Below are positions 24,621 to 37,063 of a DNA stretch of 64,000 nt, one piece after another. The stretch is from Vitrella brassicaformis CCMP3155 (taxonomy: Eukaryota; Protista; Chromerida). How positions within the stretch are numbered: the stretch's first letter is position 1; every line of letters starts with the position of its first letter. The notes under the pieces were generated by a model. That model was given only the letters and a program-made list of their open reading frames with translations. It was not told the DNA's origin and made no database searches. The position numbers and the translations under genes were made by a program. Location of the stretch: NCBI GenBank assembly GCA_001179505.1, contig CDMY01000255.1, positions 248,001 through 312,000 of the forward strand, given 5' to 3'.

Positions 24621-25727
24621 AGCCAACAAAAGAAGATCAAGATGATGTCAAGGGAAATGCGGGGAAGAGCGGCTCCCTGGGGAAGAGCGACCACCGATCG
24701 CTCCCTACATTTTATATCTGCAGTGTGTTTCTGTCGATTTTCACCGGCATACTGCTCGTGGAGGGCGTGTCCCGTGTCGGGCTTGTGTGACATCATCGTG
24801 TGTGGTTAGCGGATGGCAGAGACAACATGCGATGATGTGAAAGCGTGGCGTGGTCATGTGTGTGTATGTAAGCCGTTAGGAGAAAAATACTATGCATACA
24901 TACAAACCAACAACAGCCAGCCATCGATCCATCCCGTCCATCCATCCATCCATCCATCTCACAGTCACTCAAGTCCTTCGTCCGTCCGCAAGCACATAGG
25001 TAAGCAGGTGGGGGGAGCGATGGGCCGTGAGTGCATAGGCCTCTCCGTCCACTAATTCACTGTCATCATATCTCACAGCGCCGCACCCAACTGGCAGGCA
25101 GACAGACAGACAGACAGGCACATAGATCGATAGATAGGCGGGCAGGCCAGTACGTACGTGTGTAATCGAGCGGTCGGTCGGTCAGCGCATTAGACAGAGA
25201 TGTGGAGTGTGGCCACGCACCCAGCTACCCACCTACCTACCCCCCTGCCCACCCCACGAACAAAATGAGCAAGGTCCGTCCATTCATTCCATACGTCTCC
25301 GAGCAAGCACACATCAACGCATGCAGGCAGGCAGGTGTGTGCATCCCAGCAGCGTGCTAGCATCGTGGGATCATCCATACAGACAGGGCATGCCATCCGT
25401 CACCTCTCGTACACACGTACATGGAATCCGTGCTGCGCAAGCGATGAGTGAGTGACAAAACTGCTTGCAACAGCAACACCGATGGTATGTATGAATTGGG
25501 AGGGGCGGACACACCAACAGCAGCAGGGAGGGCCCGTCGAGAGGGCTTAAAGCTAGCTGGACAGACATATGGTTGATCGATCATGCATGTGATGCAGTCA
25601 GGGATGATGCAGACAGACGTACATGGTGTGCAAGTACGGCAGAGGGGCAGACACACACACACACACAGGCAGACAGAGCATCAGTATGTCGACGGCCACT
25701 CAGAAGGGCATTCATTCGATCGAGCGT

Positions 25728-26027
25728 NNNNNNNNNNNNNNNNNNNNNNNNNNNNNNNNNNNNNNNNNNNNNNNNNNNNNNNNNNNNNNNNNNNNNNNNN
25801 NNNNNNNNNNNNNNNNNNNNNNNNNNNNNNNNNNNNNNNNNNNNNNNNNNNNNNNNNNNNNNNNNNNNNNNNNNNNNNNNNNNNNNNNNNNNNNNNNNNN
25901 NNNNNNNNNNNNNNNNNNNNNNNNNNNNNNNNNNNNNNNNNNNNNNNNNNNNNNNNNNNNNNNNNNNNNNNNNNNNNNNNNNNNNNNNNNNNNNNNNNNN
26001 NNNNNNNNNNNNNNNNNNNNNNNNNNN
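25728..26027. other. Assembly gap (300 N)
   Basis: Run of n. Confidence 1.
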
Positions 26028-27635
26028 CCTACATCTGTCTGTACAATACTTCACAACACTCGATGGGCAGACACACATGACATGCACTCGGTCGGTCAGT
26101 CAGGAGGGCCAGGCACCAGAAACATGATCACTCGCTCGCTCATTTCTCTCTCTTTGACTTTGGCCTCAGGTCAGGTAAGCAGCCAGCCAGCCAGCCAGCC
26201 AGTACTTGTTGCAAAGACGGACGGAGGGGTTCGTTCAACGCATTTTGACCAGCAGCCAAAACTACAAACAAACAGAGTCCCTCTCACTCGTCAACCAGTC
26301 CGTCATACACGGCCACGCAGCCATGGTCGTCCTGTCCACTCCTCTGCCATCCACACATCCATTCATTCATCCATCCATCCATTCATCAACACAGCCGGGG
26401 CGCTGAGGAGCACCAAATGAGTCCAAAAAGAAGATCCGACCAACCGACCAAAAACATACGTCCATTCGTTCCATCCATCCATCCGTCCGTCCGTCCTCAC
26501 CCCGTCACCCACTCACTCCGTCCATTCATCCTTCATCCGGGCATACAGCCGGTCACCTCTCTATCATACACACATGCAGCCACACATCCATCCCATCCAT
26601 GCTCTCGCACAGGGCGACTCCACACACACTCAAGTCAGTCAGTCACTCGATCGATCGCTCTTCGCAGGACAGGGAGTACAAAAGTGATTGAAATCAACCA
26701 GTGGAGAGAGAAGCCGGACACAGGGCCAGAAGCAAGCTTGCACACAGTGCAAAAAATGGTGGTTTGATGTGCCAATGGGTGGATGGATGGATGGACAGAT
26801 GGATGGATGGAAGGCCTACATGTATGTGTACACGTGAGTGCGTGTGTGTGTGTGGTTGTGTGTGGGAAGGAGAAGACAAAATTCGTCCCTGTCAGCCAGC
26901 CACCCCCAGCAAGTCAAATCAGTCAGTCATCTGTCAGTAGTGAAGCCAAAAAAACGCTCGTGTGGGTGCCGTGCCGACATGAGGATAGGATTGACAACAA
27001 AACTTCTGTCTCGTGCACACATAGCATAGCATGCCACGCTTGCTGGCCATCCGTACGCAGCGCACCATAATGCACACACACTCACCCATGCATTGATGAA
27101 TGAATGAATCAATCAATGGGGGGCAGGGGGGGAGGGAGAGCACCGAGACGCCATCAGATAGACTGACAGTACAGGCAGGCAGGCAGGCAGGCAGGGAAGC
27201 GAAAAACCCGTGCACAAGGCAGCTTGCTCGCAGGCCAGATGAGAGGGACAGAGAAAGAGAGAGACGCAGTAGGGCAAGGAAGGCAAGAGAGAAGGCAGTA
27301 GGGTCTTTATTGAATGTCCATCCGACTTGCCCCAATCGATCGACCTCTCTACAGATAAAACGAGCCTGTGCGTCGCTTGCTGGCGTGCATGCGCTCATAG
27401 AGACAGCGCGCACGCGACAAAGCGACAGCACCAGGCATGGAGGCAAGCCGTGAGAGTCATCAAGTCAGCGAGGAAGTCACTTGTCGATCCGCACGCTGCC
27501 CTCCGCGCCTCCCTTACTCAAGCCAGCCACTAGTGCGGTGTCATGGATGGTGGCATGGGAACAATCAAGGGGGGAAGGACATAGGGGCATCATCTACGAA
27601 TCGTACGTGTATGGGCGAGGGGGGGGGGGGGGGGT

Positions 27636-27935
27636 NNNNNNNNNNNNNNNNNNNNNNNNNNNNNNNNNNNNNNNNNNNNNNNNNNNNNNNNNNNNNNNNN
27701 NNNNNNNNNNNNNNNNNNNNNNNNNNNNNNNNNNNNNNNNNNNNNNNNNNNNNNNNNNNNNNNNNNNNNNNNNNNNNNNNNNNNNNNNNNNNNNNNNNNN
27801 NNNNNNNNNNNNNNNNNNNNNNNNNNNNNNNNNNNNNNNNNNNNNNNNNNNNNNNNNNNNNNNNNNNNNNNNNNNNNNNNNNNNNNNNNNNNNNNNNNNN
27901 NNNNNNNNNNNNNNNNNNNNNNNNNNNNNNNNNNN
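27636..27935. other. Assembly gap (300 N) flanked by poly-G
   Basis: Run of n with G homopolymers on both sides. Confidence 1.
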
Positions 27936-28001
27936 GGGGGGGGGGGGGGGGGGTATAAGGCATGCAATGCGTGTGTGGCATGCATCGTGGCCATCGGCTT
28001 G

Positions 28002-29229
28002 TCAGCCCATGTACTCGTCGAGGCGCACGCCGATCTGCCGGCCCTGAAACTCCTGGTCGTTCAAGTTCTCTGACAACACACACACGCGCGAGAAGCAGCA
28101 TGTCGTTGTGCAACCGTGAGTGTGTCGACTGTGTAGTGTCGTGTGTACCGATGGCGGCCTGGGCCTCTTCTTCGGAGGTGTATAGGACCACACCGACGCC
28201 CTTGGACCGGCCATCGGGACCCGTCAACACGTCAGCCCTGACACACACACCAGACAGCCGACATGTGTGGAATCAGTTCATCCCCACCCCACCCACTCAC
28301 CTGACGACTTCTCCGTATTGTCTGAAGAGGTCCTTGAGGTCCTGCCATGACGTCCGCCACGACAACTGATGAATGACACAAGACACAACAGACACACATT
28401 GCAGCATTGACACATTTCCATTCCTCCCCTCTGTCGGGTGTCTGCTTACGTTTGACACGAAGACCTGTTTGCCCGCATCCTCGGGGTTCCTCGGCCCCCT
28501 GCCTCTGCCCCTGCCGCCGCCCCCCGGCCTGCCGCCTCTGAAGGGCCGCCCGTAGTCATCGCCCCGGCCCCTCCCACGACCATATCCGCCGTAGGGGTCG
28601 CCGTAGCCCCCACCATAGCCCTCGTCCTCATACCCTCCTCTGCCCCTGCCTCTGAAGCCCCCGCCGAAGCCGCCCCCTCCGCGCCGTGGGGGCCTGTAGC
28701 CGCCCATACCCATACCCATGCCCATGCCCATGCCGCCGCCCATCGGACCGCCGCCCCGACCGCCCACGCCGGGCGGCTCACGATCCTCACGAACAAAAAT
28801 CAAACGACCTGCAGCAGCAGAAACGGTGATGGGTGGCTGGTGTGTTGTTGTGCTGTGCTGTTGTATTGTGTGCCGACCGAATAGCTCTGTGTCGTTGAGT
28901 GTTTCTATAGCCTTCTGGGCATCCTCAGGGTTCGCATACTCGACAACACCGCACCCCTGACGCACACACACACTCGCACAGATGAATGCAGTGTGCCATG
29001 TGCCGCCATCGGGTCGTGATGCGGACCTTCGATCTGCCGACGGCGTCTTCGAATACGTCTGAGCGCACCACGGTGCCGGCGGACCCCATGTGGTCCTTGA
29101 GGTCCTGCCACTTGACGCCCCACGCCAGATTGCCCACATACACACGACAAGGCCCCTGAGCCTGCACACACACACCAACAAGAAACCAGCGCAAGAATCA
29201 GATACCGACACATCCCTTGCGCCTGCCAT
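28002..29229 (-). CDS. GBP2: Two-RRM, RGG-linker RNA/G-strand binding protein (Gbp2/hnRNP-M-like)
   Basis: RRM1: [20 protein letters not shown]...GRSKGCGVVEY...[13 protein letters not shown]. Gly/Arg-rich linker. RRM2: [31 protein letters not shown]...[11 protein letters not shown]...[11 protein letters not shown]. Confidence 0.9.
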
Positions 29230-29605
29230 GGCCTTCTTTGTCTTATCGCTCTACCATTCTGGTGCAGTGGGTGCTCAGAACTCCTCAAACTGGTCGTCTC
29301 GCCGAGAGCAAGAGATATTTGACGTCGCCGTCAGACTATGCCGTAGGTGTGCGATTCTGCTGTGTGTCGAGGCTGGATAGTGTCCTCCGCCGCCCAGTGA
29401 GTGATGCCGCCCAGAACAAGACGGCTGACACACATGCCAACCTCCTCCACTCAGTTCCGTCCTTATTGCTCTTCCCTCAGGCCAGTCAGCCCTTGCTCTA
29501 TGCCCTCCTCCAAGCGCAAAAGGGGAAGGGAAAGCCAGTAGATCGCAAAATTGCGCGCTAGCAGCCAAACCAAACAGCGGCCGCAGTAGACTCATAGATC
29601 TGCTC

Positions 29606-30720
29606 ATGGGGAGGCCAAGCCTCATCAGATCTCATTGCATCTGCGGAGTTTTTCTCCTGCTGCCGCTGTTCATGATGACGCTTTACTGTCCCCCTTCCCT
29701 CGCCTTCACGCCCTCTGCCATTCGCCCCGTGGCCCTTCCCCTCAGACTCTCTGCATCCCGCTTCAGATCATCGCCACTCGGCCAGCCTGCCCTGTCAGCT
29801 GCAAGGCCATCCAGGACTGACGACACATCTCCCCCTGACCTGCCTGACGGCGCAGAGGAGGTGTGGTGGGACTTCCCTGTGGGTCCCGATGCGCCTCCAT
29901 TGTCATTTTCTGAGCGTGAGGTGCTGCCGGCCGAGCATGACATGGAGCTGAGGGACCGCCTGATCTTCTCTGGATCCTTCTTCGGGGTGCTGGGGCTGCT
30001 GCTGCTCTTCATGGCGTCGGACAAGGCAGCCGCCACACTCATTGGCACCGCCGAACGGTGAGGGGGAGATGGGAATGTTGACGCCATGCACTCGCTTGTT
30101 ATCGTGTGTTGCCTGCGTATGTCAGGCTGGGTCTTGATCTGTATCTCGAGTCGCCCGACGACGCCTTTTATGCCCTGCTGTGGTCGGCCTTCACGCTGGC
30201 TCTGGCGTGTGCGCTTCCCAACTTCTATGGTCAGCTGATCGCCTACATCCAGCCGTCCCTGCGGCGGTCCGAGCGGCAGGTGGTGACGGTGGGCGCCCTC
30301 ATGTCCTTCTCGCTACTCGTCGGAGGCATTGTGTTTGCCGTTAAGGGCGTCATGCCCTTCTACCTGGGCGTCATCATGCAGTCGGTCGGATGGATCGGCG
30401 CGCCCAACATCGAGCCACTGTGGTCACTCCGTCGCTTCATCGACACCACTGGCAGCGTGGCTCTGTTGACGGTGCTGCTGTTCCAGCTGCCCATCCTGGA
30501 GGTGGGCCTCGGGCTGGCGGGGGTGCTGACAAGTGACAAGCTCATCGAGGTGTGGCGCTATGTGCTGGTGGGGTCCACTCTGCTGTCGGCCGTCATCACG
30601 CCGACGACAGACGCCTTCACGCAGATCGTGACGGCGGGGATGATCAATGGGCTGTATGGGATCGGCATCCTGGGCCTCAAGTGGTTCGAGGCCAACAGAG
30701 AGAAAGAGAAGACCATCTGA
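29606..30720 (+). CDS. tatC: Nucleus-encoded, plastid-type twin-arginine translocase subunit TatC with bipartite leader
   Basis: HDMELRDRL (HxxELRxRL), AYIQPSLRRSER, LFQLP, WRYVLV, ITPTTDAFTQ and six hydrophobic segments. Signal peptide ends SLA|F and is followed by an S/R/P-rich transit-like peptide. One intron, ~30058-30126. Confidence 0.85.
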
Positions 30721-31240
30721 CTGATATGAGGAGTGGGGGGGTGGGTGAGTGGGTAGAGTTGGGAGCAGCCCCTACGTAAGCTCAAGCTGGCGGGGCGCTC
30801 GTCAACTGTGCTGCCGTGTGGCCGTGTGAATAACGAAGGCTGGCAGTTGTCGTAGATAAGACGAGGCAGTTGGAAGACCATCGGATAGGCTCATGAACAA
30901 GGAGGTAAAGATCCTCACCAACTGCGTGGACGCAGTTGATGATCTTCCGTCCACGCAGTTCGTGAGCTCTTTGCGTTGTATTTCCTGAGACTGCGATGGG
31001 ACGGTCTGACTGTGGATGGTCTTGTCTGAGTTGGTACCTGTCCTGCAAACTAGGTAGAAGTGACCGATTGTATGCGCTTTGCGTGTCCGAATGCCCTCGT
31101 GCATCAGATTGAGACAGCGCTGCTGTGGCCCCCCTCTCATGTGGCAGTGAATGAGCATCCAAGCCGCTGCGGTGCTGCGAGCTGAAGTGGAGATCTACCT
31201 TCGAGATCTGCCTCTTTCCCCGCCTTCTGCAGCTCCTCCG

Positions 31241-33118
31241 ATGGCTCGTGGCGTCAACTTCGGTCTCGCCTTCGCGCTGGTGATTGCCAGCGGGGTGGTG
31301 GGGTCTCTGGTCAGCACCCTCATCCCCACCATCCGGGCGCCTGTGCTCTACACCGTCATCACGCTGGTGTTTGGCCTGGCGTATTACTTCCTGGACGACA
31401 TGAGCCGCAACTATAAGTTCGGCTACGTGGGGCAGGGCAAGGGCACCGGGGTCGTGTCGAAGCTCAGCGGATACCTCGGCAAGTTCAACGAGCAACAGGG
31501 CGGCACACTCAAAGGCAGAAAGTAGGCAAATCATGCAGAGAGAGGGGGGTGCTTTGTATTCCGTGCTGTGCTCGTCAGGGAGGGCTACAAGGAGATGACT
31601 CAAGACTTCTATGATCTGGTGACGGACATCTACCACTACGGATGGGGAGATGCATTCCACTTCGGCGCCAGATTCGAAGGTAGACGGATGGGCGCACACT
31701 CTCTGTCTGTGTCTGTCTGGCTTGTGTGTCGTCATCACTCACTCCGTCCATCTCCCGTCTCTGTCTGTGTCAGGTGAGGGTTTCCTGGAGAGCATCCGCA
31801 AGGACGAGTACTGGCTGGTGCACCGTGGCGGCATGCAAAAGGGGGAGAAGTGGCTCGACCTCGGATGCGGCATCTCGGGACCTCTCTGCCACATCGTCAG
31901 GTCAGCAGACCATGCCGCGACGTGACGGACCGCCAGCAGCCGATTGGCGCCCTCGTGTGCATTGTTGTGTTGTGTGTGCCTTCTGTGGTGTCTGTGTGAG
32001 GCAGGTTCACTGAGGCCCATGTGACGGGCGTCAATATCAACAAGTACCAGGTGGAGCGAGGCAGGCAGAAGATCATCGAAGAGGGTACATTAACCACACC
32101 ACACACCAGTGATCCACCCCCACGGCAACCACACACGCGTGGTCCGCTGTGCCTCTCCGAATGCGCGCAGGTCTGCGTGACTTGGCTTGGGTGGAGGAGT
32201 GCGACTTCATGAAGCTGCCCGAGAAGTTCGGCAAGAACTCTGTCGACGGGGTCTACGCCATCGAGGCCACCTGCCACGCACCCGACAAAATCGGATGCTA
32301 CAAAGCCGTGCGTCAACACACAGACAGACCACAGGGCACACAGCCAGACCTTTGCCGCATCTGTCAGATATTTGAGACATTGAAGCCGGGTGCTTGCATG
32401 GTGTTCTTCGAGTGGTGCATGACCAAGACGTATGACCCCAACAACCCCGAGCACCGGGCCATCAAGGAGGGCATCGAGACCCACAACAGCCTGCCCGAAC
32501 TGGCCACCGAAGACGAGGTGCGGAGGAATGGATGGATGGACGGTGCCGTGATGAATATGTAATGCGTGTGTGCATGTGCAGATCATTGAGGCCCTCAAGA
32601 AAGTCGGTTTTGTCGTCGAGGAAGCATTCGACCGCACGGTCAGCCCAAACAGGAGGGCAAAGGAGGGGGAGGGCCGCACAGCATGGTGTTTGTTTGTTCG
32701 TGTGGTCAGGGTGTGGAGCAGAACAAGCTCAACACGGTGCCCTGGTACGCCACCATCGATGCCTCATACTCACTCGCCAACTGGCCCGCAAGGTGGGTCG
32801 GCACCCAACAGTGATATCTTTTAGCTGATGGATGTTGTGTGTGTTGTCCGTGTGTGTCAGTTGGTGGGGTCAGGTGATCCTGAACGCCATGATCAAGGCC
32901 ATGGAACTCATCAAACTCGCTCCCCCGGTACACACACATACACACACATGACGCGTCTCTTGTTCCTCAACTGCCTCCTTCATGTCTTTTGGGTTCAGGG
33001 CAGCGCTGCGACGCACAAGGCGCTGTGCCGCGGGCTGGTCCCTCTGGTGAATGGCGGCAAGACCATGTGCTTCTCGCCCCACTTCTACTGCAGGGCCCGC
33101 AAACCACTCAACGCATGA
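31241..33118 (+). CDS. SMT: Sterol C24-methyltransferase (SMT/Erg6-like)
   Basis: FYDLVTDIYHYGWGDAFHF, LDLGCGISGP, VTGVNINKYQVERG, DFMK, YAIEATCHAP, LKPG..FFEW and a C-terminal FSPHFYCRARKP; about 9 introns. Confidence 0.93.
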
Positions 33119-34277
33119 AGACAGACAGCAGTGCGTGGCGATTTTGTGACTGGATGGGGACGTGTGGGCGAGACGAGGCATCTCAACTTGCCGACCTACT
33201 CACCCGATTTTGGCCCTTCATCCACTTTTTCCTCTATATATACTGCTCTGTATCTTTACTGTCTTTGGTTCCCTCCCCAGTGTTGCTTTTTCGTGAGAGC
33301 AGCTGTCTACGCAGTCTCTGTGTCTCTGTGAGTGTGGAGAGAGATTGAGAGAGAGCGAGTCGTTGCTTTTTGTGTTGCTGTGGTGATCGGAGGACGGCTG
33401 GCTGTGTGTCTGCCTCGTTTGTTCGTCCGGGGATGTGCACCTGGGCTACCCACCCTGCACACAGGTGTTGGCAGCTGCGGTGCGCGTCCTTGGACGATCA
33501 AACGGGGGCGGTTGCCAAGCATGACTTTAACCGAAGGATGCAGACAGATGCGGTTGCCCTGTGGGAATCGGTATGCATTGTTTTTCGCGCGTTGAGACCG
33601 CGGTTTCTCGCCTCGAATGCTGGCATATTGCATGTCTTGTTGTCGCACTCGTCCATAGCCGACAACCATAGCAGACCATGCCTGTCAGGCAGCGTGCGTG
33701 TATCCGCCGTACTCGGTGTGCAATTGAGTGAGATGAGTCTTGTCGCGAGTACGATACATTCGCTGGCAGATGGATGAAATCCCTCACGAAGAAGACCTGC
33801 TTCCCCTCCAGCTCGCGGTGCTCTAACCCGTTCCCAGACCCCTCATTCGTGCTGAACGTCTGAGGGATTCTAGAAGCTGTGTCCACTGAACGTGGCCGCA
33901 GCATCGCCTTATCCTGTCGAGGTACACGGATGCATCATCAGAGATGGAATCTGAGGCGTGTGCACATATTTCCCATGTTTCCTGTACAGGTGCCGCTGCG
34001 CACCTCTCTGCAGACGGACTCTTCTCTCAGTAGAACGTAGCCAGCATGGTAAGAAAAACACCCTAATGACAGTTTCCCCCCTTTCTGGTAAGAAAAACAT
34101 CCACCCACTTCCATACATCCATCAGGATTCAGGAGCCACCTTGCGTTGTGTGCAGGAGCCACCTATCAACGGCAATCACTATCGCCTCGTTAGCAGGAGC
34201 GGCCGACAGCCAAACAACGACGGACCGGTACGGCCATCCATCCATCCATCCGTCCGTCCATCCATCCGTCCAATGGC

Positions 34278-36128
34278 ATGTGTTGTGTCTGTCAGGCTCA
34301 GCATCGCATCGCACGTGAGACCCTGCTGTCCATCTACGGCTGCATACCCCCCTGGACCATCACCCGCATCGCACCCAACAAGCGCATCCTCTCCGCCACG
34401 CCGCCCCTCTACAGCCACTTTGTCATCGACTGCTCCGACCCAACGACGCGTCGTGTCTGGGAGAGGGTGCCGAGCAGACGGGCGCGTAAGTGGGGCGCCA
34501 TTGCGAGAAATCTCAAGCAGGTGACGGTGCGGTACCCACACCAAGACTGAGGTCAGGACGCGTTTCGTCACAGCGAGCACAGGTGGTGCGAATCTGCATG
34601 GGCATCGCTGGTCGAGGCGCATGCGACTGCGCGCGAGGCCAACAAGGAGGAGCCCGACAAGGCCAAGGGGGGCGGCGCCCAGCGACCGGCCGTAGAGCAG
34701 CAGGGAGGATCCCTCCACACTATCACCTTCGAGCCAGTGCCGGTGACAGATGCAGGGATCCGCGCCCTGCGCTGGCAGCAGCCCCGATCACTCATGTCCC
34801 GCCGCCCGAAGACTGTGATCCTCTCCGGCCTCACGTCCATCCACGGCCTCCAGTTCCATCACAGCACGCTGATAGACGAGCGGCAGTGGGTCATGCCGTC
34901 GCTGGGGCGTGTGGATGGCCACGCGTGTGGAGGGTTCATCTGCACATCCAGCAGCTTGACGCATCTGGAGGTGCGGCCTCTCAGGGGGCTGCTTGACCTG
35001 CTGGGGCGTGTGCCGCTGCCGGTGGAGGGGCAGCGAGGGACCCTGCAGGGGCTGCGGACACTCGGAGTCATCCAGACGGAGACCACCAGGGGTCTCGATG
35101 AGGAGGACCTGGTGCAGGGCATCGATCAACTGAAGGTAGTGAGGGGATAAAGAGAGGAAGGGAAGGATGGATGGATGGATGAACATATGCCTGTTGCCGC
35201 CTGTCTCTGTCTTTCCGCCCCCCAGGACGTGTTGTCGGGCCACAAGGTGCGCTCCATCACGGAGATCAAGGCTGTCGTGCCCGTCGTAGACCATACCATC
35301 AAGACATCCAAGCTGCTGATCTTCGTGCGGGCCCTCGAGGAGCTCAAGGCGTCCCTCACACCAGCCACCCTCACCCGTACGGCCTTCACCCGTGCACCCG
35401 AGATAGTGCTGGTCTCCCCCAACTGGAACAAGACATTGAAGCTCGACCTCCCCCTCCCCCCGCCCCCTGCCCCCCTTCCATCACTGTTTTCCGACGCGAT
35501 GAGGTACTTCTCCAGCAGGGCGGAGACCGTCGTCTGCGAGACCCGCCCCGCCCCCATCAGCCGCATTGAGCCCGAGAAGTAGCTCATGGCCGACTTGACA
35601 TTCAACAAGGACACCACGGTGGAGGTCCGGGACGGCGGCCCGGGGGGAGCGATGGTCTTCTTGCGGTCGATGGGCCGCGAGAAGAGGCTAGCCAGGGTGG
35701 TCATCAAGGGAGATCCGGCTGCTGAGGTGCTGGAGTGGGGGGCCCAGAGGGATGACCTACCAGAGATAGAGAAACTGGAAGTGACCGCAGGCGGTGAGTG
35801 AACATGGCAAAAGACTCACCCATCCACATAGCCCAGGAAAAACATCTCGATTGATCTGTCCTGCCCCGCAGGCTTCCGTCGTCCTCTCGGAGCTTCTGCC
35901 ATCCGCGCCGTGGAGTCGCTGCTGCAGCTGCGGGGTTTGCGAGAGGCGGTGATCGTTCTCCAGTGCACCACTTCTCAGTGTGTGAGGAGTTCTCACATCC
36001 AAGAGGCCATCAGGCCGGTGCTTGATGGCCGCTTCCCCGGCGGCAGCGGTGTGGCCAACGGGTTCAGCGTCACATGGAAGCGAACCCGCTACGATATCGA
36101 GGTCGTCGCCCGACGCATCGACACGTAG
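34278..36128 (+). pseudogene. Probable pseudogene of a lineage-specific Leu-rich family (two in-frame stops); 5' end unclear
   Basis: The reading frame continues through TGA 34548-34550 and TAG 35580-35582. GT-AG introns at ~35137-35226 and ~35815-35870; final exon ends RRIDT*. Confidence 0.6.
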
Positions 36129-36660
36129 AGCACACACAAGGTCAGCCTATTGATGCCGCAGCAGGCAGTATGGTGGCATCATTGCGTCTCGTGTGTGCGT
36201 GTGTGTGTGTGGATCAGGTGTCAGACAGACGGCTGATTGGTTTCGGGAGAGGGATGGAGAGGGGGCGGGGCTATCTCTCGTACCTGCCTGTGTGAGTGCT
36301 CCTCGAAGCTGGCTGGATAGCTGGCTGACTGACTGTGTGTATCCATGTCTGCCTCTGTGTTGTGTACAGACATACGTACGTACGTCTCACTGACTGATTC
36401 TGTATTCCAACCATCCATGTCTGTCTCACACTCGTCTGTTTTCGTGTGTGCACCATCACTACATACATACACAGCATACACAGCACGCACACCCATCTGC
36501 AGTGCACATCTCTCTCCTCTCATCTCTCTCCTCTCTGCAGGCACACCTCTCACTCTATACTGCCTTGTACACACTCGTCCAGTCAGGCACACCTCTCTCA
36601 GCGACTGACCAGCGGCCACAGAAGAAACGCACTGCTCATTGATGAAAACTGCAGGGAGGC

Positions 36661-36780
36661 ATGGATGCAGACAGACAGACAGACGGATGGACGGACGGAT
36701 GGACGGACGGACGGACGGATGGACGGATGGACGGACGGACGGACGGACGGACGGATGGATGGATGGATGGATGGATGAAT
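36661..36780 (+). repeat. Compound (GACA)/(GGAC)/(GGAT)n tetranucleotide microsatellite
   Basis: Seen directly in the sequence. Confidence 0.95.
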
Positions 36781-37063
36781 GGACTTGTGTGGTCCATATA
36801 TGAGACCGCAGTTTCCCTGCACGAACAGATGAGCAGTGGCATACGATGCGCACTGCGATGAGGATCGGTTGATTTTGCCATAGCATTCAACCGATCCTTC
36901 ACAGGAATCAACGCAGCCATGGCAGCGTCGCATCAGCACCTAAGGGCGAAAAAGGGGGGGAAAGGAAGGGGTTTGCCGATCGCATTCTGCGAGCTTGATG
37001 ACGAAGAGGTGACCCAGGCACATATCGGTTTGTCTGCCGATCTCCCTGTTGCCCTGAGTCCTG

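Noticed and set aside
25573-26420. ORFs spanning the N gaps (also 27437-28248)
   Set aside because: Artefacts of translating through Ns.
27619-27953. Poly-G next to the G-strand-binding protein gene as a G-quadruplex autoregulatory site
   Set aside because: It borders an assembly gap, so length and reality are uncertain, and it reads poly-C on the transcribed strand.
30782-31738. 318-aa minus-strand ORF; similarly 8740-9612, 49199-50047 and 6322-6993
   Set aside because: Antisense shadows of GC-rich real genes on the opposite strand.
34548-34550. Selenocysteine codon
   Set aside because: No redox motif context or visible SECIS, and a second in-frame TAG would still truncate the protein.
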